Virus record (IMG/VR): IMGVR_UViG_3300045988_174813
Source: a virus
Reading direction: 5' to 3' (one strand)
DNA length: 64,000 bases
Shown piece after piece: positions 1-8,315 of the stretch. The notes under the pieces were generated by a model. The model searched no databases. It had not been told where the DNA came from and worked only from the letters and a program-made list of their open reading frames with translations. Position 1 is the first letter of the stretch. Each line of letters starts with the position of its first letter. A program made the translations under genes and the position numbers.

Positions 1-207
1 AAGTAAAATGTGTGTTCTAAATGTAATAATGCCCCAAAAATTTTTCTTTCCGCCCCATATAGGGGGATGCTTCGGAGGCTCTTTGGGGGGTAGGGATTGA
101 GGGATATATATCCCAAATTTTTTCCAAAGTCAAATTTTTTTTACACAATAAATTTCTTCCAAAATTTAGATTTTTTATATAAAAAATAGCAAAACGTATA
201 CTAAAAT

Positions 208-236
208 TTGACAAGTTCAAAAATGTATGGTATAAT
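208..236 (+). promoter_or_regulatory. sigma70-type promoter (TTGACA-17-TATAAT), product unknown
   Basis: TTGACA 208-213, 17-nt spacer, TATAAT 231-236, AAAA tract just upstream of -35; only a 7-codon ORF follows before hairpin 283-306. Confidence 0.4.
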
Positions 237-261
237 AAAAGGGGAAGGATATGTGTCCCGC

Positions 262-306
262 GCGAGAAAAAAAATAAAAGTAAAACCTCGGAGTGATCCG
301 AGGTTT
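262..306 (-). terminator. rho-independent terminator (second of two behind CDS 469-954)
   Basis: 10-bp stem AAACCTCGGA/TCCGAGGTTT (283-292/297-306) with GTGA loop; on the minus strand followed by a T-rich run (262-282). Confidence 0.6.
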
Positions 307-423
307 AAATTTCTCCCATAAAAGGGTGGGGTTTTTCGGTTTTTCTGGCTTTTACAGGCGTTGTCAAATTTTATGTTATGTCAAATTTTTTCTAGACAAA
401 TAAAAAAATTCCAAAATAAAAAT

Positions 424-444
424 AGCAGAGTAAAATACTCTGCT
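424..444 (-). terminator. hairpin terminator directly after stop of CDS 469-954, possibly bidirectional
   Basis: AGCAGAGTA-AAA-TACTCTGCT flanked by an A-run on one side and a T-run on the other. Confidence 0.6.
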
Positions 445-468
445 ATTTTCTATATATAAAGTTGCAAC

Positions 469-954
469 TTACTCTTCAACAATAGGAAGTTGGTTCCATT
501 TTTCCAAAAATTCGTGTTCAGGAATCTCTTTAGTAAGTAAGCCCTTGAGTTCATTATAAGTTACATTGCGCGGGCCGTTCTTAGTCTGTACTGTACGGAC
601 TTCTGGCTTTAGAAGAATATCTTCTGTGGTAAGCGGAGGGTCGTGAGGCGTTTCATAGAAATTGAGCTTCCCATCTTCCTCAATTATATACCCACAGTTT
701 ACTAGGTCTGCTGGCGCGCGCCGGGCAGCATCAACTGATAATCCATATACATTTGAAAAATCTCGTGGAGAATAATCTTTCTCATAGTTATTCTGATTAG
801 ATGCAAGGTATAAGTATAGTTTGAATCCAGAGGGTGTAAGTAACCTCGCGGCAGTAGCTAATGCTTGACAGTCAATAGCAAGGTATTGCTTTTTTTCTGA
901 GAGCGGATTAGAACGGTGGATAATGATAGTCTTTTGATTTTGATAGTGAGCCAT
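469..954 (-). CDS. putative winged-helix DNA-binding protein (replication-organiser/initiator-like), 161 aa
   Basis: Intact ORF with SD (AAAGGAG) before ATG, TAA stop and two terminators downstream. The central segment FKLYLYLAS..YSPRDFSNVYGLSVDAARRAPADLVNCGYI looks like a wHTH. It sits next to iteron array 1090-1390. Function is inferred. Confidence 0.7.
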   Translation of the reverse strand: MAHYQNQKTIIIHRSNPLSEKKQYLAIDCQALATAARLLTPSGFKLYLYLASNQNNYEKDYSPRDFSNVYGLSVDAARRAPADLVNCGYIIEEDGKLNFYETPHDPPLTTEDILLKPEVRTVQTKNGPRNVTYNELKGLLTKEIPEHEFLEKWNQLPIVEE

Positions 955-1004
955 AGTGAGTACTCCTTTTTTGATAAAATAAAATGATAAACTACTGATG
1001 ATAG

Positions 1005-1060
1005 TGAGCCAGCTTTTGGCGAGCGCGCCTTAGCAAAGCGAGCCAGAAAAAGCTGGCTCA
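1005..1060. repeat. 13-bp inverted repeat in the leader of CDS 469-954
   Basis: TGAGCCAGCTTTT (1005-1017) and AAAAGCTGGCTCA (1048-1060) separated by a GC-rich 30 nt that contains a third GAGCCAG copy. Confidence 0.6.
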
Positions 1061-1089
1061 TATTTAGCTTTTTGCGCATATTTCTTTAT

Positions 1090-1390
1090 ATTACTTATGT
1101 AAATTTTACATAAGGATGTAGGAAAATTTACATAAGGATGTAGGAAAATTTACATATACTTTGCTTATTTTTCGTTTTTTTATGGTCGCTATGCGCGGCT
1201 CCTATAGCTAAATTTACATAAGGGTTAGGAAAATTTACATATACTTTGGTATACCTTATGTAAGTTTTACATAAGGTTATGGCTAATTTTACATATACCT
1301 ATAGCTAGTTTTGCGTATACCTTATGTAAAATTTGCGTATACCTATAGCTAAATTTACATATACCTTATGTAAATTTTACATATACCCTC
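1090..1390. repeat. iteron-like array, at least 15 copies of about 12 bp AWTTTACATAWRS in both orientations
   Basis: Repeated AAATTTACATAAGG / AAATTTACATATAC units. Several form palindromes such as CTTATGTAAATTTTACATAAG (1094-1116) and CCTTATGTAAGTTTTACATAAGG (1253-1276). No coding potential. Confidence 0.8.
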
Positions 1391-1405
1391 TTCTATTATA
1401 TATAT

Positions 1406-1434
1406 ATTATATCATAATTTTTAGAAAATTTCAA
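1406..1434 (-). promoter_or_regulatory. extended -10 promoter (TTGAAA-17-TGaTATAAT) reading into the iteron array
   Basis: Minus strand: TTGAAA (1429-1434), 17-nt spacer ending TGA, TATAAT (1406-1411). Confidence 0.55.
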
Positions 1435-1490
1435 ATTCTTCTCAGCTTTCGGGGATTACTCGTGCGCTCGCTCGATAGTATGCTACTTCT

Positions 1491-1519
1491 ATTATATCAT
1501 AAAATCTCCAAAAAATCAA
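1491..1519 (-). promoter_or_regulatory. extended -10 promoter (TTGATT-17-TGaTATAAT) reading into the iteron array
   Basis: Minus strand: TTGATT (1514-1519), 17-nt spacer ending TGA, TATAAT (1491-1496); shares the TTTTATGATATAAT core with promoters at 47012, 57878 and 60317. Confidence 0.55.
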
Positions 1520-1530
1520 ATTTTCTGGCG

Positions 1531-1589
1531 CAGCTCCCCAGCTCTCAAAATTTGCCTATACTCCCCGCCCAGCTTTCCAGCTTCCAGCT
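1531..1589. repeat. CAGCT-rich short repeat patch (5 copies), related to 10439-10475
   Basis: CAGCT at 1531, 1539, 1570, 1578 and 1585; CCAGCTTCCAGCTTTC resembles CCAGCTTCAGCTTTCAGCTC at 10.45 kb. Confidence 0.6.
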
Positions 1590-1833
1590 TTCTTGCGCCC
1601 AAAATTTGACAGGCCTATCCAATGTTCTCCCTATGTGGTGCGCGCATCATAAAATTTGACACGCAACAAAATTTGCGTTGGTGGTTTACGATAATAATGT
1701 TATGTAAACTTTAGTTGTGTGATGAATTAGTGATTTAGTGTGTTAGTAGTTTACTATGCTAAAGAAAATTTGACAAAAATGAAAATCTAACCTAAGATAG
1801 GTTAGATTTTGGGGTAAAAGAAAAGAGGGAAAA

Positions 1834-2016
1834 TTAGATTTCCCCCTCAATAGAATAATTTTCGTATTTATAATGTAAATCAATCTGGTATTCTTTTTCA
1901 CACTGCGGGCAATAATAGATACAACATTCTGTATGATAATCATCACCATATAAATCATCATACGTATCATCAAGAGCAAGAACCGCACCACAATTCGGGC
2001 ATCTAATCTCTTCCAT
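1834..2016 (-). CDS. small zinc-ribbon protein, 60 aa
   Basis: CPNC...CPQC pairs; last gene of a three-gene unit; start abuts the stop of the upstream gene (TAAATG). Confidence 0.65.
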   Translation of the reverse strand: MEEIRCPNCGAVLALDDTYDDLYGDDYHTECCIYYCPQCEKEYQIDLHYKYENYSIEGEI

Positions 2017-2178
2017 TTATTCTTCATCCTCCAAACAAGAATCATTATTTTCACCAGTAGGAAAATAGAAACTTCCTTTCCAGAGAGGACAATTATTAAT
2101 ACATTCCCCTTTAAGGCAATCATTTACGTTGCATCTCTCTATAAAGAAAATAATTTCCTCATTACTTAGATTTTTCAT
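2017..2178 (-). CDS. hypothetical Cys-rich protein, 53 aa (below the track cutoff)
   Basis: Hand translation MKNLSNEEIIFFIERCNVNDCLKGECINNCPLWKG...; exactly fills the gap between neighbours 2016 and 2179. Confidence 0.5.
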   Translation of the reverse strand: MKNLSNEEIIFFIERCNVNDCLKGECINNCPLWKGSFYFPTGENNDSCLEDEE

Positions 2179-2298
2179 TTACTCTTCCTCCTCATACTCA
2201 CACGGTGGAATATCTCCCGCGCACTTTGCTTCAAACTTACAAGTTGGATAACTTTCGTCCTCTTCGCACCAGCAATATGGACAATCCTTGCAACTCAT
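2179..2298 (-). CDS. hypothetical Cys-rich acidic peptide, 39 aa
   Basis: AGGAGG lies 7 nt before the internal ATG (MSCKDCPYCWCEED...). The track ORF 2179-2367 starts inside the promoter. Confidence 0.5.
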   Translation of the reverse strand: MSCKDCPYCWCEEDESYPTCKFEAKCAGDIPPCEYEEEE

Positions 2299-2438
2299 AC
2301 ACTTACCTCCTTTAGATGATACAATTATATCGCGCCCGCGCCATAAAGTCAAGAAAAACATTTCCATAACCTAACCTATCTTAGGTTAGAAATGCACCAA
2401 AAACTTTCCCTCGCTAAAGTATTAGCAAGGGAAAATTT

Positions 2439-3296
2439 TCAAATATCGGCGCGTCCTACGATGCGGAACGGGAAAGCAATAATTCCGTAGGAAAATTTTC
2501 CTTTCGTGCGCTTGTGGATAAGGGAAAAAATTTCGGTTTCTATCTCGGCATCATTCAATGCCGTGTGCGCTTCTTCAAAATCAGTTTCCCCAGTGATAAA
2601 CCGGAAAGACGTTTCCGCGCTTGTCTTGTAGTATTTCCCACTTTCGGTAATCCAACCGTTAGCTTTGCACGCTTCGCGGTAATCGTCGCTATCAAGAATA
2701 TGCTCACAAGCCAAACCCCAGAGGTCAAACAGAGGATACGACCGACCACGGAAACGGAACACTTCCGGCTCATATTCTTTCTTGGAGGTATAGCGCGTCT
2801 TGCTTGCAATGTTGTCGCAGATGCGGTTCTGGAGGGCTTCCCAGTTGTGGAAGTCTGCGCTATACAGTTTGGAAATATAAAGCTCGGTAAACGGGATTGC
2901 TTTCTTGAAGTCAAAGTTGGCGTTATAAGCTCCGACGCCTACCACGTCGGCGAGGTCTGCTTCAAGTTTTGCGGACGCTTCGCGCCACGTTGCAAGCTCA
3001 ATCGTTCCCGCTTCCAGAGCTTCAAGGTAAATCGGACGCTTAGACGCATAGTAAGCAGTATTGAAAATCGCAGGAACGGAGAAAATCTCGGTAATGAGAT
3101 AGTTACGGCGGCGATAAACGTTACCCTTGGCGTCGCAAATCGTCCAGCCCAAATCATAAATAAGCGGCTTTGCGATAGCTACGGATTTTTTCGCTTCCGC
3201 GGACAGCTCCGACGCATAGGGAAGCGTTGCGGTTTCGCAATCGAGGACGCAATAGTATTTGCGGCGGCGGTCAAGTTTCTTCTCGGCAATAGACAT
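2439..3296 (-). CDS. DEDDh 3'-5' exonuclease (DnaQ-like), 285 aa
   Basis: Exo I VLDCET, Exo II YNANFDF, Exo III HTALNDAEIE. SD AAGGAG before the ATG at 3296; the track start at 3380 is a TTG inside the -35 box. Confidence 0.8.
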   Translation of the reverse strand: MSIAEKKLDRRRKYYCVLDCETATLPYASELSAEAKKSVAIAKPLIYDLGWTICDAKGNVYRRRNYLITEIFSVPAIFNTAYYASKRPIYLEALEAGTIELATWREASAKLEADLADVVGVGAYNANFDFKKAIPFTELYISKLYSADFHNWEALQNRICDNIASKTRYTSKKEYEPEVFRFRGRSYPLFDLWGLACEHILDSDDYREACKANGWITESGKYYKTSAETSFRFITGETDFEEAHTALNDAEIETEIFSLIHKRTKGKFSYGIIAFPFRIVGRADI

Positions 3297-3441
3297 AATA
3301 TATACTCCTTTTCTGTCGGGGCGTAACTTCTTTTCCCTCCTGACATTATATATATTACCACACCCTATACAGGAAGTCAAGAAAAATGTGTCCGGCTTCT
3401 AACCTATCTTAGGTTAGAAAAATTCCAAAAAAAGCAGGGAA

Positions 3442-3813
3442 TTACTCCCCTGCTTTTTCTTCCTCTGCCTTTTCCGCCTTGGCTTTTTCCTTTTCGGCTT
3501 TCTTCCGTTCCCGCTCGGCTTCTTTGCGCTTCCGTTCGGCTTCCTTGGCTTCGGCTTTCTCCGCCTTGTCTGCGAGCTTGGCGCGATACTCGTTAGCGAG
3601 CGCGTAACCGTCCGTGCCGTCCTCTTCGTCGGCTTTCTTCGGGATAATCACCGACAGCTTCACCCACCTATCCTCCCCAGCTTCGACAGTCGGGAACATA
3701 AGCGTTCCGGAAGCGGTCTGCATGACCTCTTCGCCGTCCTCCGTGAGAACTTCCACCAGACGCGCAAGCATGCGCGCACGCAGAGCATCATTCACATTTA
3801 CTTTCTTTTCCAT
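3442..3813 (-). CDS. hypothetical protein with K/E-rich C-terminal tail, 123 aa
   Basis: Intact ORF, AGGAGG SD, own promoter and palindrome; tail is KAEKAEAKEAERKRKEAERERKKAEKEKAKAEKAEEEK. Confidence 0.7.
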   Translation of the reverse strand: MEKKVNVNDALRARMLARLVEVLTEDGEEVMQTASGTLMFPTVEAGEDRWVKLSVIIPKKADEEDGTDGYALANEYRAKLADKAEKAEAKEAERKRKEAERERKKAEKEKAKAEKAEEEKAGE

Positions 3814-3928
3814 TTGGGATACCTCCTTTATCTTTGTGAGTATATGATACTATATATTGAGGGAAAAGTCAAGAAAAACTTTCGGTAGTTCTAACCTATG
3901 TTAGGTTAGATATAGATGGCTCGCGCCA

Positions 3929-4147
3929 TCAATGAATAGTGAGTTCTACATCGAGTTTTTCGACAAAATCAGAGTTCTCAAAAGAAGCGAAACTACCATC
4001 CGCAATATTTACTGTATTGCACAAAATATTTTTTGACATGCAAAATTTCGTCCGCATATAGAGTTCGCCTTCCCAAGAAAAAACTTCTCCAACTTTGACG
4101 AGTTCAAATACCATATTGCTCTTTCTTCTCGTATCATTGACCTGCAT
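3929..4147 (-). CDS. paralog family 1 member, 72 aa
   Basis: MQVNDTRR..GEVFSWEGELYMR..LCNTVNIADG..VEKLDVELTIH; close paralog of 5125-5343; own promoter, SD and palindrome. Confidence 0.75.
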   Translation of the reverse strand: MQVNDTRRKSNMVFELVKVGEVFSWEGELYMRTKFCMSKNILCNTVNIADGSFASFENSDFVEKLDVELTIH

Positions 4148-4176
4148 TATACGTTCCTCCTTTATTTTGTAATCTT

Positions 4177-4205
4177 ATTATATCAAATCTCTTTAGTTGT
4201 GTCAA
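4177..4205 (-). promoter_or_regulatory. representative early promoter (TTGACA-17-TATAAT) 6 nt downstream of palindrome 4212-4232
   Basis: Minus strand: TTGACA 4200-4205, TATAAT 4177-4182, AGGAGG about 4157-4162, ATG 4147. The same layout precedes nearly every early gene. Confidence 0.75.
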
Positions 4206-4243
4206 TTGTAGTCTAACCTATATTAGGTTAGAATAGTTGGGTG

Positions 4244-4462
4244 TCAGAATGACACCCGTGCGGGAATGGGAATAACTTCCGTATCGACATTGTAAGAGTG
4301 AAAAACGCCGTCGGAAAGAGAAACTGCATTGAGGTAGCAATCTTCTTTTTCGTCGAAGACAACTTCGGTTTTCATAAGCAGACGCTTATCCGCATTGTTT
4401 GCAAGAAGAAAGCATTCACCTTTAGACAATTCCCCAAAAGAATTACTAGTTTCAATAATCAT
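4244..4462 (-). CDS. paralog family 1 member (divergent), 72 aa
   Basis: ..GECFLLAN..LLMKT..NAVSLSDG.. matches the family pattern; own promoter, SD and palindrome. Confidence 0.7.
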   Translation of the reverse strand: MIIETSNSFGELSKGECFLLANNADKRLLMKTEVVFDEKEDCYLNAVSLSDGVFHSYNVDTEVIPIPARVSF

Positions 4463-4569
4463 ATTATTTCCTCCTTTTCTTTATGGTCGTATTATACTAT
4501 ATTATACGCGCATTGTCAACTAATCTCTAACCTATATTAGGTTAGAAGCCTCCAAAAAATTGTCTACCC

Positions 4570-5007
4570 TCAACCGAGGGCAGACAAAATTTCCATAATC
4601 TGCGACGGGTCAAAACTGTATTCTCCCCAGTTTTCGCGGTTCTTCTCTTCATCATCGAAAAGAATATCTTCCGCGCCGAGCTTGAAAGTTTCTTTCGGTG
4701 TGCCATACTCTACGACGTGGATAGCGTCCCACTTGACAGAGTGGAGATGCTTGTCAAGCCATTTCTTTTTGGCTTCGCGCACGGCTTCAAGATAGGCTTT
4801 CGAGCTTGTCTTGCTTCCCCACGAGATAACGCCGATAGTGTAGCCTGCGCGGTGGAGCTTGTTGAGCTTGCGCGCGAGCGTGCGCATATCACCGAGCGGT
4901 CGCGCCTGGGCATAGGGTCTTGGATTTTCTGCGCGAAGCATAGAAAGCCAATTTTCCACGGCGTAAAGGTCTGAAATTGTGCCGTCCATATCGAACCAAA
5001 TCGTCAT
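4570..5007 (-). CDS. HAD-superfamily phosphatase (5'(3')-deoxyribonucleotidase-like), 145 aa
   Basis: N-terminal FDMDGT (DxDxT) motif; size and later D-rich motif (FDDEE) fit small HAD nucleotidases. Confidence 0.7.
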   Translation of the reverse strand: MTIWFDMDGTISDLYAVENWLSMLRAENPRPYAQARPLGDMRTLARKLNKLHRAGYTIGVISWGSKTSSKAYLEAVREAKKKWLDKHLHSVKWDAIHVVEYGTPKETFKLGAEDILFDDEEKNRENWGEYSFDPSQIMEILSALG

Positions 5008-5124
5008 TTCGTTGTGTCCTCCTTTATCTTTGTGAGTATATGATACTACATAATGAGTAAAAAGTCAAGAAAAAATTGTGTGGTTTCTAACCTATATTAG
5101 GTTAGATTATGATGGCTTATGCCA

Positions 5125-5343
5125 TCAATGAATAATGAGTTCTGTATCGAGTTTTTCAACAAGCTCGGAATTTGCAAAGTAAACCAACATGCCATCCGCA
5201 ATATCGACTGTATTACACAAAGTATCACCAACTTTGCAAGGTCGTATCCTCATCCAAAGTTTACCCTCCCAACAAAAAACTTCTCCTTTTTTGATTGCTT
5301 CAAAAAAAACGTGTTCTTTCATTCTCGTATCTTTGACTTGCAT
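5125..5343 (-). CDS. paralog family 1 member, 72 aa
   Basis: MQVKDTRM..GEVFCWEGKLWMR..LCNTVDIADG..VEKLDTELIIH. Confidence 0.75.
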   Translation of the reverse strand: MQVKDTRMKEHVFFEAIKKGEVFCWEGKLWMRIRPCKVGDTLCNTVDIADGMLVYFANSELVEKLDTELIIH

Positions 5344-5466
5344 TATAGTTTCCTCCTTTATTTTGTAATTGTATTATACTCCACTATGCACTCCTTGTCA
5401 ACTATCCTCTAACCTATTTTAGGTTAGAAACCCTCCAAAAAAGAGAGGGGAGAAAACTCCCCTCAC

Positions 5467-5832
5467 TTACTCCGCGTCCACGTCCGCGGGATGGGCAACG
5501 TAACACTTCTGCGCGCCCTTGCCCTTGACCTTGACATCCTCCACGTCAAGCTCACCGAGCGCGACAAGCTGACGGAGCAGGGCGGACGCCTTAGGTGTGG
5601 ACAGCTCAAGCTCCACAGCGACCTCGGAGGCGAGACGCTTCTTGTTGTCGTCCATCAGATTGCGGATGGCGTCGAGGATGGGCGCGTTTTCGGCGAGCTT
5701 CTTGGAGTTGACGCGAGCCGAAGCCTTTTCGCGCTCTTTGGTAAGCTGGTCAAGCATAGCCTGCGCCTTTTCGTTCATTTCGTCGGAGAGGTTCGCGCTA
5801 ATCACGTTCGCAAAAAATTCCTTATTGGTCAT
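5467..5832 (-). CDS. hypothetical protein with C-terminal winged-helix-like domain, 121 aa
   Basis: GC-rich ORF. ..LASEVAVELELSTPKASALLRQLVALGELD.. resembles MarR-type wHTH. Separate terminator at 5445-5464 plus T-run. Confidence 0.65.
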   Translation of the reverse strand: MTNKEFFANVISANLSDEMNEKAQAMLDQLTKEREKASARVNSKKLAENAPILDAIRNLMDDNKKRLASEVAVELELSTPKASALLRQLVALGELDVEDVKVKGKGAQKCYVAHPADVDAE

Positions 5833-5991
5833 GATGTATTCCTTTCTGGTTTTTCGGTCTTGTCCTTGACCTTGAATTTTAGGGGATTTTGTATCCCCCT
5901 TACGAGTATTATATTACCACATACTCTAAAAAATTGCAAGCAAAATTTTTTGGGTTCTAACCTATTTTAGGTTAGAATGGAAGTGGAGGAA

Positions 5992-6267
5992 TTATTCCTC
6001 CACTTCATCATTTGCGAGCCGAACCTCATAGGGCCCATACACGTCATCATCTTCTGCTTTTTCGTGTGCCCAATCTTCAAATTGCAGGCGCGCCTCTTCG
6101 CGGTCTGCGTCGGTAAACTCAAAGATTTCATCAATGTAATAGTTTTCTTCAAGAAAAACATTGAAGTTATCTTTTGTTTTCCAATCGTCCACAAGACCAT
6201 TGAAGTATTCTTCGTGCGCGCGGTCGGACATCATGTCATTGTCGAAAGAACTATACCATACTGTCAT
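5992..6267 (-). CDS. highly acidic small protein (paralog family 2), 91 aa
   Basis: AGGAGG before the ATG at 6267 (MTVWYSSF...); about one third D/E; shares the EEYF..W..ENY..EIF pattern with 7900-8151. Confidence 0.7.
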   Translation of the reverse strand: MTVWYSSFDNDMMSDRAHEEYFNGLVDDWKTKDNFNVFLEENYYIDEIFEFTDADREEARLQFEDWAHEKAEDDDVYGPYEVRLANDEVEE

Positions 6268-6366
6268 TTGGGTATCCTCCTTTGTCTTTGTGAGTATACT
6301 ATACCACACTTTGCGCGGAGTGTCAATTCTCTTCTAACCTATATTAGGTTAGATGCCCAATTGGAA

Positions 6367-6765
6367 TTATTTTCCAATCGGGCAGACAGTAAGTCCGCGT
6401 TCTTTGAGATACTGAATTGCAATAGTGGCATCGTAATAATCAAAAATTTCTTTGAGACTTGCTTCATATGGGATATAATTGTATTCCACTACAAGGGTAT
6501 GCGGTTTTTTATCAAGAGAACTCCACATAAAAGGTTTACTTTCCACTTCCAGCCCATAAAATTCTTTTTTGAAAAGTTTCTTCCATGTCCATGTGAAGAC
6601 GCCTGCGTTTGCTGGAAGAGAATCAATAGCTTCTTTGAGATTAGTGAATGTCCAGGTTTTTGTGCTGATGTCGGCTTCATCTGCAAGAACAAAGCCATGT
6701 GTGCGGGACTGCATTTCTTCTCCATCAAAGAGAACGCGCACCTTGAGACGATAAGACTTAATCAT
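6367..6765 (-). CDS. hypothetical protein, 132 aa
   Basis: SD AAAGGGGA before the ATG at 6765 (MIKSYRLKV...). The longer track ORF starts inside the promoter. Confidence 0.65.
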   Translation of the reverse strand: MIKSYRLKVRVLFDGEEMQSRTHGFVLADEADISTKTWTFTNLKEAIDSLPANAGVFTWTWKKLFKKEFYGLEVESKPFMWSSLDKKPHTLVVEYNYIPYEASLKEIFDYYDATIAIQYLKERGLTVCPIGK

Positions 6766-6871
6766 TGGTTTATCCCCTTTCTTTTGATGATACAAATATA
6801 CCATATTTGCACTATAAAGTCAATCCCTATCTAACCTAATATAGGTTAGAAAAATAAGGGGCATAAGTCCC

Positions 6872-7189
6872 TTACTTCATAATTGCATAATTTTTTGCAT
6901 ACCAGAATTTTTCTGGAATTTCCATAACCGTGATAAGCACGATACCCTCTTCAACCTTGCCATAGATAAATACATAATTTTTATACACTTTGAAAAACTG
7001 ATTGTTCCCGCGGAATTTTTCAGCCGTATATCTCAAGTAGCTTTCAAACGGCGTTCCCTCGTAGCGTTCAAACTCTACTCCGCGCGCGTAGGCTTGGCGC
7101 GCGATTTTAGATATAGAAATATTGTAGGTGAGATTTTTGCGCTCGCGCCATCTTTTGAAAGCGTGGTCTGAAATGATAATGGTTTCCAT
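6872..7189 (-). CDS. hypothetical protein, 105 aa (weak resemblance to DUF4258-type small toxins)
   Basis: The N-terminal ISDHAFKRWRER motif is reminiscent of the H-A-x-x-R-x-x-E-R signature. Resemblance only, not verified. Confidence 0.55.
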   Translation of the reverse strand: METIIISDHAFKRWRERKNLTYNISISKIARQAYARGVEFERYEGTPFESYLRYTAEKFRGNNQFFKVYKNYVFIYGKVEEGIVLITVMEIPEKFWYAKNYAIMK

Positions 7190-7298
7190 AATTTTGGGAT
7201 ACCTCCTTTTCTTTATGGTCTTATTATACCATATGGAAAGAAAAAGTCAACACCCCTCTAACCTATGTTAGGTTAGAAATGCGCGCGGTCTCCGCGCG

Positions 7299-7514
7299 TT
7301 AGTGGATGACAAGGTCAGCATCGACGAACCGAACGACTTCATCTCCCATGAAGCAAGTAATTGTACCATCCTCAAGACAAATTGCGTTATATATATGACC
7401 ATTAGAGACGGTCTCTCTGAACCTCATAAAAATGCTATTGTTATATTCAAAAATTCCGCCTACGTCTACGTCGTCAAAAAAATGATTCTCATTTTCTTTT
7501 CTAATAATATTCAT
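7299..7514 (-). CDS. paralog family 1 member, 71 aa
   Basis: AGGAGG before the ATG at 7514 (MNIIRKEN..GGIFEYNNSIFMR..NAICLEDG..DADLVIH). Confidence 0.7.
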   Translation of the reverse strand: MNIIRKENENHFFDDVDVGGIFEYNNSIFMRFRETVSNGHIYNAICLEDGTITCFMGDEVVRFVDADLVIH

Positions 7515-7621
7515 AACTTGTTCCTCCTTTATTTTGTAATTATAATATACCATAAAAAATTCCAACTGTCAATACCACTCTAACCTAATATAGGTTAGAA
7601 TTTATGCTGGCTCGCGCCAGC

Positions 7622-7798
7622 TTAGTAGATAGAATATTCAGCTTCCAGGCGCCAGCTCTCACTCTCGCGCAGTTCCATTTCTACGAGCGTTGGCATCTGA
7701 CCAATGAGTGCCATGAGTTGCTTTCCGATGTCTATCGTAGTGATGTAGGGCAAACGTTGCGCGGGCATATCTTTGAACCATGCGGTAAGTGTATACAT
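7622..7798 (-). CDS. hypothetical protein, 58 aa (below the track cutoff)
   Basis: GGGAGG SD 7 nt before ATG; MYTLTAWFKDMPAQRLPYITTIDIGKQLMAL...; replaces plus-strand track ORF 7604-7873, which has no signals. Confidence 0.55.
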   Translation of the reverse strand: MYTLTAWFKDMPAQRLPYITTIDIGKQLMALIGQMPTLVEMELRESESWRLEAEYSIY

Positions 7799-7899
7799 TT
7801 GGAATACCTCCCTTTACTTTGTACTGTAAGTATACTATATCTATACGAAAAAGTCAACCCACTTCTAACCTAAGATAGGTTAGAAAAAAAAGAGGAAGA

Positions 7900-8151
7900 T
7901 TACTCTTCCTCTTCCATGGGTTCATAGTCCATGTCCTCAATAGCCTCTTCCCGCACAGCGTCATAAAACTCTTCGTAAACGTTCTGCCGTTCCATCTCGC
8001 ACATAGAGAAAATCTCGTGAGCGTTATAGTTTTCATCAATCCAGCGCTCAAAGAAATACTCATCCAGTTGCGCCTCCATCTCTTCCTCTACCAGCTCGTC
8101 AAAACGCTCCTCGTCAATAACCTCACCAGTGATAGCATGCTTGTACATCAT
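7900..8151 (-). CDS. highly acidic small protein (paralog family 2), 83 aa
   Basis: 31 of 83 residues are D/E by hand count; DEYFFERWIDENYNAHEIF matches 5992-6267. Confidence 0.7.
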   Translation of the reverse strand: MMYKHAITGEVIDEERFDELVEEEMEAQLDEYFFERWIDENYNAHEIFSMCEMERQNVYEEFYDAVREEAIEDMDYEPMEEEE

Positions 8152-8315
8152 AGTAAAATACCTCTTTTCAAATATTTGAGACGTTCGGTTTGTTTCCTCT
8201 ATCTCTTTACATTATGAATTATACTATATATCGTCCCGAATGTCAACTCATTTCTAACCTATAATAGGTTAGAATATATCCTGCGCAGAAACTAAAAGTG
8301 CCCCTATTGGGGCAC

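Noticed and set aside
17-220. Track ORFs in the left non-coding hub (17-220, 858-1079, 1333-1659, 1743-2123)
   Set aside because: They run through iterons, promoters and simple repeats. They have no SD, and their products are low-complexity.
2514-3326. Long plus-strand track ORFs in the early region (2514-3326, 5491-5970, 5977-6834, 9888-10493, 11014-11502, 12055-12459)
   Set aside because: They lie antisense to minus-strand genes that have promoters, SD sequences and recognisable domains. They have no SD or promoter of their own and run across palindromes and terminators.
7604-7873. Plus-strand 89-aa ORF between two palindromes
   Set aside because: The minus strand carries a 58-aa ORF (7622-7798) with a GGGAGG SD and the standard promoter-palindrome layout. 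The plus-strand ORF has no signals and reads through a palindrome.
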